A DNA stretch of 64,000 bases from Gaiellales bacterium (GTDB lineage: Bacteria > Actinomycetota > Thermoleophilia > Gaiellales > Gaiellaceae): contig JBBSEJ010000001.1 in assembly GCA_038239825.1 (NCBI GenBank), positions 40,232 to 104,231 of the forward strand, given 5' to 3'. Both the position numbers and the translations under genes were made by a program. The notes beneath the pieces are model-generated. The model was given only the letters and a program-made list of their open reading frames with translations. It was not told the DNA's origin and searched no databases. This document shows positions 24,780-34,726 of this stretch, in pieces. Numbering within the stretch: the stretch's first letter is position 1; every line of letters begins with the position of its first letter.

Positions 24780-26237
24780 CTACTGCAAGGCCCGCACGTA
24801 CGCCCACGCGTGGCGCAGTCCACTCGGCCGCCACACCGCAAGCGCCGCGCAGTACAGGGCAAGTCCTAGAACGGCGGCGGCGATCGGCCCGACGACGAGT
24901 CGCGGCAGGGCGAACGCGGCGAGCGCGACGCCGCCGCACGCGAGCGCGGCCAGGGCGACACCGCCTGCGACGCGTGCGAGCGCGCCCAGTGCGGCGAGCA
25001 GCACCGCGAGGACGGCGGCGGTCGTCAGCGCGAGGCCGGCTGCTACGCCCGCGAGGCCGAAGGCTGAACGCCCCGCCCACTCGATGAGCAACTGGGCGAG
25101 GAGCGCACCCAGCGCGAGCAAAGGCAGGAAGCGTCCCCGTCCCTTCACGAAGACGAGTGGATAGGCGACGGTCAATGCGACCGAGGCGATCATCCACGGC
25201 ACGAGGTACACGACGAGGTGCCCGAGCTCCGCTCCCGCTCCGCCCCCATAGCTCGAGCCGAGCACACGCCGCACGACGCTCTCACCGGCGAGCGCAAAGA
25301 CACCGGCCGCGGCGGCAACCGGAACGAGCGACAGCCACGAGATCGCGACGACGTGCCGCGCCGTGCGCTCGGGAGACGATCCTTCACGCGCGAAGGGCAC
25401 GGTGGCGACGAGCGCAATCGAGGCAGCCGTCACCGAGACGAGGAACGCGGCGATCAGGTACGCGTACGAGAACGTGGTCGCGCGGCCGGCACCAAGGCCG
25501 GACGCGAACCGGTAGCCGATCACGTAGAGCCCCTGCAACGCGAGCGGCACGGCGATCCCTTCGGCGAGCTCGACCAGACGTCCCCACCCGCGGTCGTCCG
25601 GCCGTCTGACGCCGTCGCGCACGACGAGCGCAGCGAGTGGGATCGCGAGTGTCAGCGCGCCGTTCAGGGCGAGCCCCCATGCAAGGGCGATCACGCCGTG
25701 GTCGAGCTCGAGGATCGTGAGGGCGACGCCCGCCACCGAGCCGAACGCGAATCCGAACGCGGCCCAGTCGTAGTCGTCGAGGGCCGCGAGCGCACTCGCG
25801 ACGAGGCCGCCGTAGATCTGAGCGACCGCCGAGGGGACGATCCACGGGAGCAGCCGTGCTGCCTCGTGACTCGCCTGCGAATTGGAGGTGAGTGCGTCCG
25901 CGATCGCGTGCGGCCAGACGATCGCGGCCAGCACCACGAGGGCGAGCGGAATCGCCGGCGAGGCCGCCCAGCCGGCGACTTCATGGGGCAGCCGCCCGGC
26001 CGAGCGCGCCGCGACGAAGCGTGGCAAAACGACGACGCGCAAGGAGCCCGCCACGAGCACCAGGGCGAGATAGGGGCCGTATGCGGCGAAGAAGCCGTCC
26101 GTCTTTACGCCGTGCCCAAATCTGCGCGAGAGGATGATCCCGAGCACTGCGGCCGAACCACTGACTGCCGCGGTCGAGATTCCCGTCAAAAGACCGCTGC
26201 GAACGGCTCCCCGACCACCTGAACGATTACCCTCCAT
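24780..26237 (-). CDS. MOP-superfamily flippase (MurJ/MviN-like or Wzx-like)
   Basis: 485 aa with ~12-14 hydrophobic helices. The N-terminal ...AVLGIILSRRFGHGVKTDGFFAAYGPY matches the MurJ-type SRxxGxxR...DAF(x)A pattern. Confidence 0.78.
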   Translation of the reverse strand: MEGNRSGGRGAVRSGLLTGISTAAVSGSAAVLGIILSRRFGHGVKTDGFFAAYGPYLALVLVAGSLRVVVLPRFVAARSAGRLPHEVAGWAASPAIPLALVVLAAIVWPHAIADALTSNSQASHEAARLLPWIVPSAVAQIYGGLVASALAALDDYDWAAFGFAFGSVAGVALTILELDHGVIALAWGLALNGALTLAIPLAALVVRDGVRRPDDRGWGRLVELAEGIAVPLALQGLYVIGYRFASGLGAGRATTFSYAYLIAAFLVSVTAASIALVATVPFAREGSSPERTARHVVAISWLSLVPVAAAAGVFALAGESVVRRVLGSSYGGGAGAELGHLVVYLVPWMIASVALTVAYPLVFVKGRGRFLPLLALGALLAQLLIEWAGRSAFGLAGVAAGLALTTAAVLAVLLAALGALARVAGGVALAALACGGVALAAFALPRLVVGPIAAAVLGLALYCAALAVWRPSGLRHAWAYVRALQ

Positions 26238-26239
26238 CC

Positions 26240-27385
26240 GTGCTCGGCGACGATACAGCCACCTGGTCCCAGGGCGAGCTCGACGCCCTGCGCACGGAGT
26301 TCGGCGACGCCTATCGCGACCGGACCGTCCTCGTCACGGGCGCCGACGGGTTCATGGGCTCGCATCTCACGGAGGCGCTCGTGCACCTCGAGGCCAAGGT
26401 GATCGCATTCGTGCGCGCGACCTCATCGGGTGCGCTCAACAACATCGGGCACGTGCGTCGCCAACTGCGCGTCGTGTTCGCCGATCTCACCGACAAGACA
26501 TCGATCGACTATCTGATGCGCGATCTCGCGCAGGCGACCGACAAGCCCTACATCTTCCACCTTGGCGCGCAGGCGCATGTCGGGGAGTCATGGCACCGTC
26601 CGTACGAGACCGTGATGACGAACACGATCGGCACACTCAACCTGCTGCAGTCGGTGGTCGACCACGACGTCGATCTCGAGAAATTCGACACCGCAGGCAC
26701 ATCGGAGGAGTACGGAAACGTGCACGAGGCAGTGTCCGACCAGCACGACTTCGACGAGCTCGGCGGGCTCATCCTGCACGAGCGCTCACCGATCAACCCG
26801 AAGTCGATCTACGCGACCGCGAAGGTCGCTGCCGACTTCTTCACCATGAACTACCACGACGCGTACGGCATCCCCGGCGTCGTCACGCGCATGTTCAACA
26901 ACTACGGCCCGCGGCAAAACCCCCGCTACGTCACCGGCACGATCATCACGCAGGCGCTGACGCGTCCCGAGGTGGAGCTGGGCGCGCTCGAGCCGCTGCG
27001 CGACTTCTGCTTCACCACGGATGGTGTCCGCGGGCATCTGACCGTGGCGGCGTCCGGCGTCCCCGGCGATCTCTACGTCTACGGCCAGGGGGAGAACATC
27101 TCGATGGCCGACTGGTGCGAGCTCATCCTCACGACCGGCGCCGCTCACGGCTACTGGCCGGACGACCGCCATGTCGTCACCGACGAGAGGCGGCTGCGGC
27201 CGGGCGTCACCGACGTCATGGCGCTGCGCGTCGGCTACGACAAGTTGCATCGCGAGACCGGCTGGGAGCCGAGGGTCTCATGGGATGAGGGTGTCCTCCG
27301 GACGATTCGGTGGTTCGCCGAGAACCGCGAGCGCTGGATCGGCCGCGTCGACTGGCTCGCCGAGGGCCGGGTCGAGCAGCCGTGA
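26240..27385 (+). CDS. Extended-SDR sugar-nucleotide 4,6-dehydratase, divergent GDP-mannose 4,6-dehydratase-like
   Basis: 381 aa. [14 protein letters not shown] Rossmann motif, GTSEEYG, and [20 protein letters not shown] (compare Gmd [20 protein letters not shown]). Translationally coupled to fcl downstream. Confidence 0.75.
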   Translation: MLGDDTATWSQGELDALRTEFGDAYRDRTVLVTGADGFMGSHLTEALVHLEAKVIAFVRATSSGALNNIGHVRRQLRVVFADLTDKTSIDYLMRDLAQATDKPYIFHLGAQAHVGESWHRPYETVMTNTIGTLNLLQSVVDHDVDLEKFDTAGTSEEYGNVHEAVSDQHDFDELGGLILHERSPINPKSIYATAKVAADFFTMNYHDAYGIPGVVTRMFNNYGPRQNPRYVTGTIITQALTRPEVELGALEPLRDFCFTTDGVRGHLTVAASGVPGDLYVYGQGENISMADWCELILTTGAAHGYWPDDRHVVTDERRLRPGVTDVMALRVGYDKLHRETGWEPRVSWDEGVLRTIRWFAENRERWIGRVDWLAEGRVEQP

Positions 27386-28305
27386 CCCGCGTCCTCGTCA
27401 CGGGGGGCGGGGGCTTCCTCGGATCACACCTCGTCGCACGGCTCGAGCGTTCCGGCCACGATGTCGTCGTCGCGCGCAGTCGCGAGTACGACCTGACCCG
27501 AGCCGACGACACCGCACGCCTGTTCGACGATGCGGGGCCCGAGGTCGTCTACCACCTCGCCGCCGAGGTGGGAGGCATCGGCGCGAACCGCGAGAACCCC
27601 GGCCGTTACTGGTACGCGAACCTGATGATGGGCGCGCACGTGCTCGAGGCCTCGCGCAGCCACGACGTGGGCAAGCTGATCCTCGCGGGAACCGTCTGCG
27701 CCTATCCGAAGTTCACGCCCGTTCCCTTCGACGAGGACGACCTGTGGAACGGCTACCCCGAGGAGACGAACGCGCCCTACGGCGTCGCGAAGAAGTCGAT
27801 TCTCGTCGGCGCGCAGTCCTACCGCGCCCAGTACGGCCTCGACGCGATCTACCTCCTACCGGCGAACCTCTACGGCCCGCGCGACAATTTCGACCTCGAT
27901 TCCTCCCATGTGATTCCCGCGCTGATCAGGAAGATGATCGACGCGGGCGGCGAGGTCGTCCTCTGGGGCGACGGCTCGCCGACGCGCGAGTTCCTCTACG
28001 TCGACGACTGCGCCGAGGGCCTGCTCCTCGCGGCCGAGCGGTACGACGGCCCCGAGCCGGTGAACCTCGGCACCGGTGTCGAGACGTCGATTCGCGAGCT
28101 CGCCGAGACGATCGCCGACCTGACGGGCTTCGACGGCGAGATCGTGTGGGACACGTCGATGCCGAACGGCCAGCCACGGCGTCAGCTCGACGCGAGCCGC
28201 GCCGAGCGCCTCTTTGGCTTCCGCGCGCGCACGCCGCTACGTGACGGGCTGCAGCAGACGATCGGCTGGTACCGCAGCTCGGCGCAGCTCCATGCGCCTG
28301 CATAG
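27382..28305 (+). CDS. fcl: GDP-L-fucose synthase (GDP-4-keto-6-deoxymannose 3,5-epimerase/4-reductase)
   Basis: Trimmed to GTG at 27382 (GTGA overlap). [54 protein letters not shown] and HVIPALIRK are typical of Fcl/WcaG. Confidence 0.88.
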   Translation: MTRVLVTGGGGFLGSHLVARLERSGHDVVVARSREYDLTRADDTARLFDDAGPEVVYHLAAEVGGIGANRENPGRYWYANLMMGAHVLEASRSHDVGKLILAGTVCAYPKFTPVPFDEDDLWNGYPEETNAPYGVAKKSILVGAQSYRAQYGLDAIYLLPANLYGPRDNFDLDSSHVIPALIRKMIDAGGEVVLWGDGSPTREFLYVDDCAEGLLLAAERYDGPEPVNLGTGVETSIRELAETIADLTGFDGEIVWDTSMPNGQPRRQLDASRAERLFGFRARTPLRDGLQQTIGWYRSSAQLHAPA

Positions 28306-29923
28306 CGTGGCTCGCGCCGCCGGCGCGTGGCTCGCGCGCGCGCGACCGGCGCCGCTCCTCGCCGTCCTCGTCCTCGCCCAGCTCGGCGTCACCGCGTGGC
28401 TCGCGCTCGCGACGCCGCACAACGGCTTCGTCTGGTACAGCGGCGGTGACGCGACCGAGTACTGGACATCCCAGTGGGCCGTCGGGCATGGGCTGATCCC
28501 ACAGGCGCTCGTCGGCTGGGGCCTGCCGATCATCTACGGCTGGGTGCCGCTCGTCGCCGGCCCGTCGCTCCTCAACGGCCTGCCGGTGATCGTTGCGCTC
28601 AACACGCTCGTCCTCGCGCCGCTCGCACTCATTCTCGTCTGGGCCCTCGCTGTCCGGCTCTACGGCCGCGTCTATGCCTGGGCGGTCGCAATGCTCTGGG
28701 TGATCGGGCCGGTGCTCGCGATCTGGGCCTTCACGCCGCGCTACCGGCCCTCGCTCGAGCAAACCGTACTCGCCCCCCACTGGGCCGGGCTCACCGACAT
28801 GGCTGACTTCCCCTCGCTCGTCGCGGTTCTCGCGACGGCCTGGGCGACCGTGCGAGCCGCACAGAACGGCCGGTTCGGATCGGCACTCGGGGCAGGTGTC
28901 CTCGGCGGGATCCTGATCGGCCTCAAGCCTGCGAACGGGTACTTCGTCCCCGCCGTGATCGTGCTACTGGCGGGGTGGCGACGCCCGCGCGTCGCACTCG
29001 GCTTCGCGGTCGGGATCGTTCCCGCCCTCCTGACGCTCGCGATCTGGAAAGGGCGCGGCCTCGGCACTCTGCCCATCCTTTCCGCCTCTACGCCCCTCCG
29101 CGAGGCGAGCGCCGCCACGTTCGGCCTCTCGAGCAACCGGTACCTGCCGATCGACCTCCATCAGCTCTCGCACCAGTGGCGGGAGCTCCAGGAGGTGTTC
29201 TTCGACCTGCGGTTCCTTCAGTTCGTGCTCGTCGCCGGGGCACTCGGCGCCCTGCGGCGGAACCACCGTTCCGGCCTCTTTCTCATCACCTGGTTCGTCG
29301 CTTTCAGTGTCCTCAAGGGGATGTCGCCGCAGGCCGACGTGTACACGCTGAGCTACTTCCGGCTGACGCTCCCGGGGCTCGCGGCTCTCGTGCTCCTCAC
29401 GCCCGCGATCGCGTTCCTCTGGCCCGGCACCCGAACGACCCGCGTCGCCGCACAGCCCGAGTCATGGGCACTGCGGCTGAGATCACCGATCGCAGTGACG
29501 GCGGCGTTCGCCGCGCTCGTGCCGTTGGCGGTCGTTCTGATCGCCCAACCGGCATCGGCCGTCCGAACCGTGCGGTCGTTGGAATCCACCGAGGCCCCGA
29601 TCTCGGCTGATCTCAAGCCACGCCTCACGCGCTCGGCGGGCGCCGTTTCGCTGACCTGGCGCCCAGCGAGCGGGGGTGCGACCAAGGTCTCGTACGCCGT
29701 CATTCGCACGCAAGGAAGCGATGGCTGCACCCTGCCGACGTCGGGAGCGAGGGAATGTCTCCTCGATACGTCGGTCGTGATTCCGACGGCGAGCACCACG
29801 CTCACCGACCGACCCGGGCGTGGCGTGTTCTGGTATCGGGTCGCCGCCGTGGCCGACTACCGGAGGAATCACCCATCGACCGACCTGATGCTGGTCGGGC
29901 CTGCGATCAGCGTTCGCTTCTAG
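28292..29923 (+). CDS. Polytopic GT-C-like membrane protein with C-terminal FN3-like domain
   Basis: Trimmed to Met27 (ATG at 28292). About 10 TM helices. The first loop has [11 protein letters not shown]. The C-terminal ~100 aa ([19 protein letters not shown]...FWYRVAAV) looks like fibronectin type III. Confidence 0.72.
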   Translation: MRLHSVARAAGAWLARARPAPLLAVLVLAQLGVTAWLALATPHNGFVWYSGGDATEYWTSQWAVGHGLIPQALVGWGLPIIYGWVPLVAGPSLLNGLPVIVALNTLVLAPLALILVWALAVRLYGRVYAWAVAMLWVIGPVLAIWAFTPRYRPSLEQTVLAPHWAGLTDMADFPSLVAVLATAWATVRAAQNGRFGSALGAGVLGGILIGLKPANGYFVPAVIVLLAGWRRPRVALGFAVGIVPALLTLAIWKGRGLGTLPILSASTPLREASAATFGLSSNRYLPIDLHQLSHQWRELQEVFFDLRFLQFVLVAGALGALRRNHRSGLFLITWFVAFSVLKGMSPQADVYTLSYFRLTLPGLAALVLLTPAIAFLWPGTRTTRVAAQPESWALRLRSPIAVTAAFAALVPLAVVLIAQPASAVRTVRSLESTEAPISADLKPRLTRSAGAVSLTWRPASGGATKVSYAVIRTQGSDGCTLPTSGARECLLDTSVVIPTASTTLTDRPGRGVFWYRVAAVADYRRNHPSTDLMLVGPAISVRF

Positions 29924-30293
29924 CGTCTCTTGCCGCCTCCACGATGCGTGTCTCGAGCAGGGCGAGCCGCTGGGCGAGGACGACGTTCTGATCCGAGAGC
30001 CGCGAGATGACGGTGGAGTAGTGCAGCAGCACGAGGATCACGAACAGGAGCCCGACCGCGAAGAGCACGGCGGGTGGATAGCCGCGTACCCCGAACCATC
30101 CAGCGATCGTGTTGAGCCCGCTGCGCCAGGCCGAGAGCACGACGAGCGTCGCGCCGGTGAGGAGCCACAGGAGCGCGTACCGCTCTTGCAGACGACGCGA
30201 GCGGATCAACTCGAAGACGACGAGGACCAGGATCACCGAGGCGACCGTGGCGGCGATCGAGACCTTGAGCGGTGTCTGCGCCCCGAGAGTCAC
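29907..30293 (-). CDS. DUF2304-like small membrane protein (128 aa)
   Basis: The GTG at 30293 overlaps the GT2 stop (GTGA). Three hydrophobic helices plus a C-terminal amphipathic/coiled segment (SRLSDQNVVLAQRLALLETRI). This architecture, and pairing with a GT2, is what I recall for DUF2304. Confidence 0.72.
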   Translation of the reverse strand: MTLGAQTPLKVSIAATVASVILVLVVFELIRSRRLQERYALLWLLTGATLVVLSAWRSGLNTIAGWFGVRGYPPAVLFAVGLLFVILVLLHYSTVISRLSDQNVVLAQRLALLETRIVEAARDARSER

Positions 30294-31018
30294 ACGTCCT
30301 CCGCCGGAAGCACGCTGCGCCGGAAGAGCCCGACGAACAGGGCGACGAACACCTTCGTCATGTAGTAGACGGAACGCAGCGCAGTGATCGACGAGCGACC
30401 GTGCTCGCGCTCGCGCATCCGCACCGGCACCTCGCACAGCGTCAGGCGGTGCTTGATCGTCATCACCATGCCTTCGACCTCGGGATAGTCGTGCGGGTAG
30501 TCGGCCGCGAACAGCTCGAGCGCGCGACGGTTCAGCGCCTGAAAGCCGGAGGTCGTGTCGGTGACTCGTTGCCGGGCGATCGCCGACACGACGACTGCGA
30601 GCAGGCGGATGCCGATGCGCCGCGTCGCCGACGACCGGTAACCCTCGCCGCCGGCGAACCGCGACCCAACGGCGATGTCGGCATCGCCGGCGAGCACGGG
30701 TGCGAGCACCTTCGGCAGCTCGGAGGGATCGTGCTGGCCGTCGCCGTCGCAGCGGACGACGAGCTCGTAGCCGTTCTCGCGCGCATAGCGAAAGCCGGTC
30801 TGCACGGCTCCGCCGATGCCGAGGTTGAACGGAAGCTGCACGACATGCGCGCCGTGCTCGGCTGCGATCTCAGCGGTGCGGTCGAGCGAGCCGTCGGAGA
30901 CCACCACCACCTCGAGGCCGGCATCGAAGGCACGCAGCTCGTCGAGCACACGCCCGATGTTGCGCTCCTCGTTGAAGGCCGGGACGATCGCGATGCGGCG
31001 CACGCCCTCAGCCGACAT
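30290..31018 (-). CDS. GT2 polyprenyl-phosphate glycosyltransferase (GtrB/Dpm1/CsbB-like)
   Basis: Trimmed to Met6. IVPAFNEERNI, VSDGSLDRT, NLGIGGAVQTG, CDGDGQHDP, TSGFQA. Confidence 0.85.
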   Translation of the reverse strand: MSAEGVRRIAIVPAFNEERNIGRVLDELRAFDAGLEVVVVSDGSLDRTAEIAAEHGAHVVQLPFNLGIGGAVQTGFRYARENGYELVVRCDGDGQHDPSELPKVLAPVLAGDADIAVGSRFAGGEGYRSSATRRIGIRLLAVVVSAIARQRVTDTTSGFQALNRRALELFAADYPHDYPEVEGMVMTIKHRLTLCEVPVRMREREHGRSSITALRSVYYMTKVFVALFVGLFRRSVLPAEDV

Positions 31019-32216
31019 GGGCCGGCACTCCAAGGCCGATCAGCTCGAGCAGGCGGCGCGCGCGGTGGCGATAGGTGTGCTCGTCGAGCACGCGCTCGCG
31101 CGCCCGCGCGCCGAGCTCTACCGCCTGCGCGGGGTCGGCGAGCAGGTCACGGTAGGCGCTCGTCGCCGCCTGCGCGTCGTCGACCACCAGGATCTCCGAG
31201 CCGGGATCGAACCAGCGTTCGATCCCGTCGTACGGATTGGCGACGATCGCTGCGCCGGCCGACGCGAGCTCGAACGGCCGGCACGACGACGACGCGTACA
31301 CGCTCGCGTGCGAGCGCCGCGTGATGCACAGGTTGACTCGTGCGCTCGAGATGGCGCGCGGAAAGACGTTGAACGCGACATCGCCGATCAGGCGCGCCTT
31401 GCCGATGTCGGCCTGGAAGTCGCGCCCGCCGAGCGCGAAGTCGGCGTCGGGCAGCAGGCGCGACGGCTGACCCACCATCGCCTCGACCCACTCTTGCCGG
31501 AACTTGTCGCCGTAGCCATAGAAGAAGACATCCATCGTCTTGTCGACGGCCTGGGGTGAGAAGAACTCGGGGTCGGCGCCCCAGAAAATCGCCTCGGCTC
31601 GCCGCGCACCGAGCTCGCGAAGGCGCGCGAGGCCTCCTTCGGAGTTCGAGACGAGCAGGTCGTACTCCGACGGATCCGCCTCGTGATACCAGTTGAAGCC
31701 CGTGTCCATCCCGCCGAATTCCGGCAGGCTCATCGGCACGTCGCCGTCGTAGAACACCACGGGAATGCCGTGCCGCTCGCGCAGGTAGGTGGGAATGCCG
31801 CGGAGGTGTGCCATGGGCACGGTGAAGACGACGACCGCGTCGGGGCGCTCCTGCTCGACCAGCCGGTCGAGGTGCTTCTGCCAGCGCGGCGTTACCCACC
31901 GCCACACGACTTCGCGAGTCAGGCGCTCGCCGAGCCCGTCCTCGGGATCGTCCTCGGCGCGCCGGAGCAGCGTGTCGCCCTTCAGCCGCGCGACGGTGTC
32001 GCGTGCGCGGGCGAACGACTCGCCCTCGAGGTAGGTCGGGTTGGGCGCCGAGCGCCACCATGGCGACTCGATCGGCCGGCCGCGGTACGGCGTGACGATC
32101 AGATCGGCACCTTCTTCGTGGAGGCCCTTCCAAAGCTGCCACCAGGCCGGCGTGCAGCCGTAACGGAAGTCGAGGTCGACCGCGGAGGCGACGGCGAGGA
32201 TCCGGGGCGCGGGCAT
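31008..32216 (-). CDS. CgeB-family / DUF3880-type glycosyltransferase-like protein
   Basis: 402 aa. C-terminal ARVNLCITRRSHASVYASSSCRPFELASAGAAIVANPYDGIERWFDPGSEILVVDDAQAATSAYRDLLADP matches the Glyco_trans_1_2/CgeB pattern. Confidence 0.75.
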   Translation of the reverse strand: MPAPRILAVASAVDLDFRYGCTPAWWQLWKGLHEEGADLIVTPYRGRPIESPWWRSAPNPTYLEGESFARARDTVARLKGDTLLRRAEDDPEDGLGERLTREVVWRWVTPRWQKHLDRLVEQERPDAVVVFTVPMAHLRGIPTYLRERHGIPVVFYDGDVPMSLPEFGGMDTGFNWYHEADPSEYDLLVSNSEGGLARLRELGARRAEAIFWGADPEFFSPQAVDKTMDVFFYGYGDKFRQEWVEAMVGQPSRLLPDADFALGGRDFQADIGKARLIGDVAFNVFPRAISSARVNLCITRRSHASVYASSSCRPFELASAGAAIVANPYDGIERWFDPGSEILVVDDAQAATSAYRDLLADPAQAVELGARARERVLDEHTYRHRARRLLELIGLGVPAHVG

Positions 32217-32376
32217 GCCGTCAGTGTCTCAGAGGCGGGTTACGGCGCCGTTAGGCGCGCGTGGGTTCGTTTAGTTAGGGAATAGGGGCCGGCGCAGGCT
32301 CGGCGGGTGGTTCGTAGCCGAGTCCGGAGCGTTCGTGGCGGAGGGCGGTGCGGTGGCCGGTGCCACCAGAACGCGT

Positions 32377-32425
32377 ATGGACGTCCGTCAAGGTTCCGTG
32401 CGGGTGGCTGACACCGGACGTGACC
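32377..32425. repeat. Inverted-orientation copy of the 19071-19323 repeat unit
   Basis: The reverse complement ggtcACGTCCGGTGTCAGCCACCCGCACGGAAccttgacggacgtccat matches copy A at 27/28 of the first 28 nt and ~39/45 overall. A more degenerate second copy lies at ~32310-32376. Confidence 0.75.
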
Positions 32426-32456
32426 GGCGCGGACGGGCTCGAATGCGGCGGTGGCC

Positions 32457-33893
32457 CTAGTAGGCCCCGCGTTGAGAGAAGACCACGAGCGGCGTCTTGA
32501 AGAGGATCGTCACGTCGAGCCAGATCGACCAGTTCTCGAGGTAGTAGAAGTCGAGGCGCACGAGATCGTCGAAGGTGAGGTCGGAGCGGCCGGCGATCTG
32601 CCAGAGCCCGGTGATCCCGGGAAGGACGTTGTAGCGGCGGCGATGCCACAGCTCGAGCAGGTCGTAGTCGCGCAGCGGGAGCGGCCGTGGGCCGACGAGC
32701 GACATCTCACCCCGCAGCACGTTCAAGACGTTCGGCACCTCGTCGAACGAGAGCCGCCGCAGCAGCCGGCCTACCGGCGTCACGCGCGGGTCGTCGCGGA
32801 TCTTGAAGAGCGCCCCAGACGCCTCGTTGGCCTGCTCGAGCTCGTCCTTCTGCAGCTCGGCTCCCCGCACCATCGTGCGGAACTTGCGCATATGGAATGC
32901 CTGCTCGCCGAGCCCGATCCGCTCGTCTGCGTAGAACACCGGCCCGCGCGAGGTGAGCTTGATCGCAAGTGCGATCAGGAGCCAGACCGGCAGCCCGACG
33001 ACGACGATCAGGCTGGCGACGACGATGTCGAACACGCGCTTGATCGCCCAGTCGGTCCCGGCGAAGATCGGCGGCCGCAGCTCGAACAGCGGCACACCCT
33101 GCCCCGGAACGTACTCGCCACGTTCAACGAGGAGTTGCGTCGTTCGCGGCGCGACGCGCACCTTCACACCTCGGCGATGGGCCGCTTCGACGATCTCGAG
33201 CAGCCGATCGTCGTCGAGCCCAGAGTCTGCGACGATCAACTCGTCGAGCTGCTGCGCGGCGAGCGCCCGCTCGACCTCCGGACCGGGGTCGATCTCGCCA
33301 GCGTACTCGTAGTAGATGCCGCCGCGGCTCGTGCCGAGCGTCTCGCGCAAATGCGTTCGCGCGGCGAGGTCGCCCACCAGCACAGCCCTGCGACGAACAC
33401 CGACCGCTTTCAGCAGCAGGCCCGTCAGGCTTTCGTAGCTCGCGCGGAAGACACCGATCAGCACGGCGACGAAGAGCGCGCCCACCACATACAGCCCGAA
33501 GGTAGTGAAGTGCTGGCCGGTACCGATCGCGAAAGCGAGAGCAAGAGCGGCGACGAGAAACGTGCTCGGCACGACGCGCCCCGCGCCCTCACGCAACTCA
33601 CGCGGCGCGTAGAGACGTGCCCGCCAGAAAACGAGCAGGAGCAACAGGATGAGGAATGCGAGCCACGTCGTCTCGTGATCCCACAGCAGGCCCCACAGGA
33701 TCGGCTTCGGATCGAAGACGAGCGCGCGTAGGGCAAGCGCGGCATACAGACCGATCACGAGGCCGCCGACGTCGATCGCGACGAGGATGACGATCGAGAA
33801 GAAGCGTCGCGCCAGGGTCTTGATCGGGGCCGAGGCGAGCAGGTACGGACGGACGGCACGCTCGTCCTCGAACCGTGACTCCTCGTCACTCAT
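32457..33893 (-). CDS. WbaP-type polyprenyl-phosphate hexose-1-phosphate transferase (large polytopic PGT)
   Basis: Trimmed to Met91 (MSDEESRF). N-terminal TM bundle, a Rossmann-like linker (RRRAVLVGD...), then the Bac_transf core: KRVFDIVVASL, SRGPVFY, KFRTM, DDPRVTPVGRLLRRLSFDEVPNVLNVLRGEMSLVGPRP. Confidence 0.88.
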   Translation of the reverse strand: MSDEESRFEDERAVRPYLLASAPIKTLARRFFSIVILVAIDVGGLVIGLYAALALRALVFDPKPILWGLLWDHETTWLAFLILLLLLVFWRARLYAPRELREGAGRVVPSTFLVAALALAFAIGTGQHFTTFGLYVVGALFVAVLIGVFRASYESLTGLLLKAVGVRRRAVLVGDLAARTHLRETLGTSRGGIYYEYAGEIDPGPEVERALAAQQLDELIVADSGLDDDRLLEIVEAAHRRGVKVRVAPRTTQLLVERGEYVPGQGVPLFELRPPIFAGTDWAIKRVFDIVVASLIVVVGLPVWLLIALAIKLTSRGPVFYADERIGLGEQAFHMRKFRTMVRGAELQKDELEQANEASGALFKIRDDPRVTPVGRLLRRLSFDEVPNVLNVLRGEMSLVGPRPLPLRDYDLLELWHRRRYNVLPGITGLWQIAGRSDLTFDDLVRLDFYYLENWSIWLDVTILFKTPLVVFSQRGAY

Positions 33894-33960
33894 CGGGCGA
33901 TCGTAGCCTCGTGCACCGTTTGGGTCCTTGCCCCCGACGTGCTTTTCGCTCGCCGGGCCA

Positions 33961-34710
33961 TCACGGGACTTCCGGAACGGCGCACTCGCCCCAGGCGAGC
34001 TCATCGGCCGTGACCGCACGCTCGGAGAGCTCCAGCACGGAGGCGGGTCGCCGGCGGAGGCGCAGGAGCCGCAAGAGCACTTCGAGTGCGGCGGCGCGGC
34101 GGCGGTCGACGAGCTCCCAGTCGTGAAAGTGCAGGTGCACGTGCCCACGCAACCGAGGGACATCTCGCGCGAGCATCCCCAGCGAGTGCGACGCGGGCAG
34201 CTCGAGCAGCACCGAGCCGTCGGGGAGCCGCAACCGACGCGCGCCGTCGAGCTGAAGCCGGGCGGCGCCGGCGGCGAGATACGACTGGCGGAAGGTCGTG
34301 GCGGTCAGGTCGACGTACTCGAATGACGCGAGCGTCTCGGCGACGTGGCGGTCGAGGTACCAGCCGCCACCGCAGAAGAAACGCGGGGCGAGGGCACGCT
34401 CGCGCAACCACTCGGCCTCGCTCCGCACGAGCGCGGCCGCGTCGACCCCGGCTCGTGGACGTGCCTGCGTGGGACCGCCCCAGTGCGTGTGGTGCCCGAG
34501 CGGCCCGAGAGCGGCAGCTCGCCGCGCTCGCTCGAGCCACCGTCCCTCATCCTCTCCTGACGCCGCATCCGGCGGTCTCAGGAGCGGCGTGATCACGAAG
34601 CCGGACGGACGCCGGGCGAGCAGACGCTCGAACGCCGCCCACACCCGGTCGTCGAGCGGTCGCTCGACATGACACGAGACGACCGCATAGCGCTCGAGTC
34701 CCTCCACCAT
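33961..34710 (-). CDS. hypothetical protein (possible polysaccharide deacetylase-like / metal-dependent hydrolase fold)
   Basis: Trimmed to Met53 (ATG at 34710, 16 nt after the upstream stop). His-rich motifs SCHVE, GHHTHWGG and HLHFHDWE. Function not established. Confidence 0.55.
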   Translation of the reverse strand: MVEGLERYAVVSCHVERPLDDRVWAAFERLLARRPSGFVITPLLRPPDAASGEDEGRWLERARRAAALGPLGHHTHWGGPTQARPRAGVDAAALVRSEAEWLRERALAPRFFCGGGWYLDRHVAETLASFEYVDLTATTFRQSYLAAGAARLQLDGARRLRLPDGSVLLELPASHSLGMLARDVPRLRGHVHLHFHDWELVDRRRAAALEVLLRLLRLRRRPASVLELSERAVTADELAWGECAVPEVP

Positions 34711-34726
34711 GCGTATGTTCGCAGCG

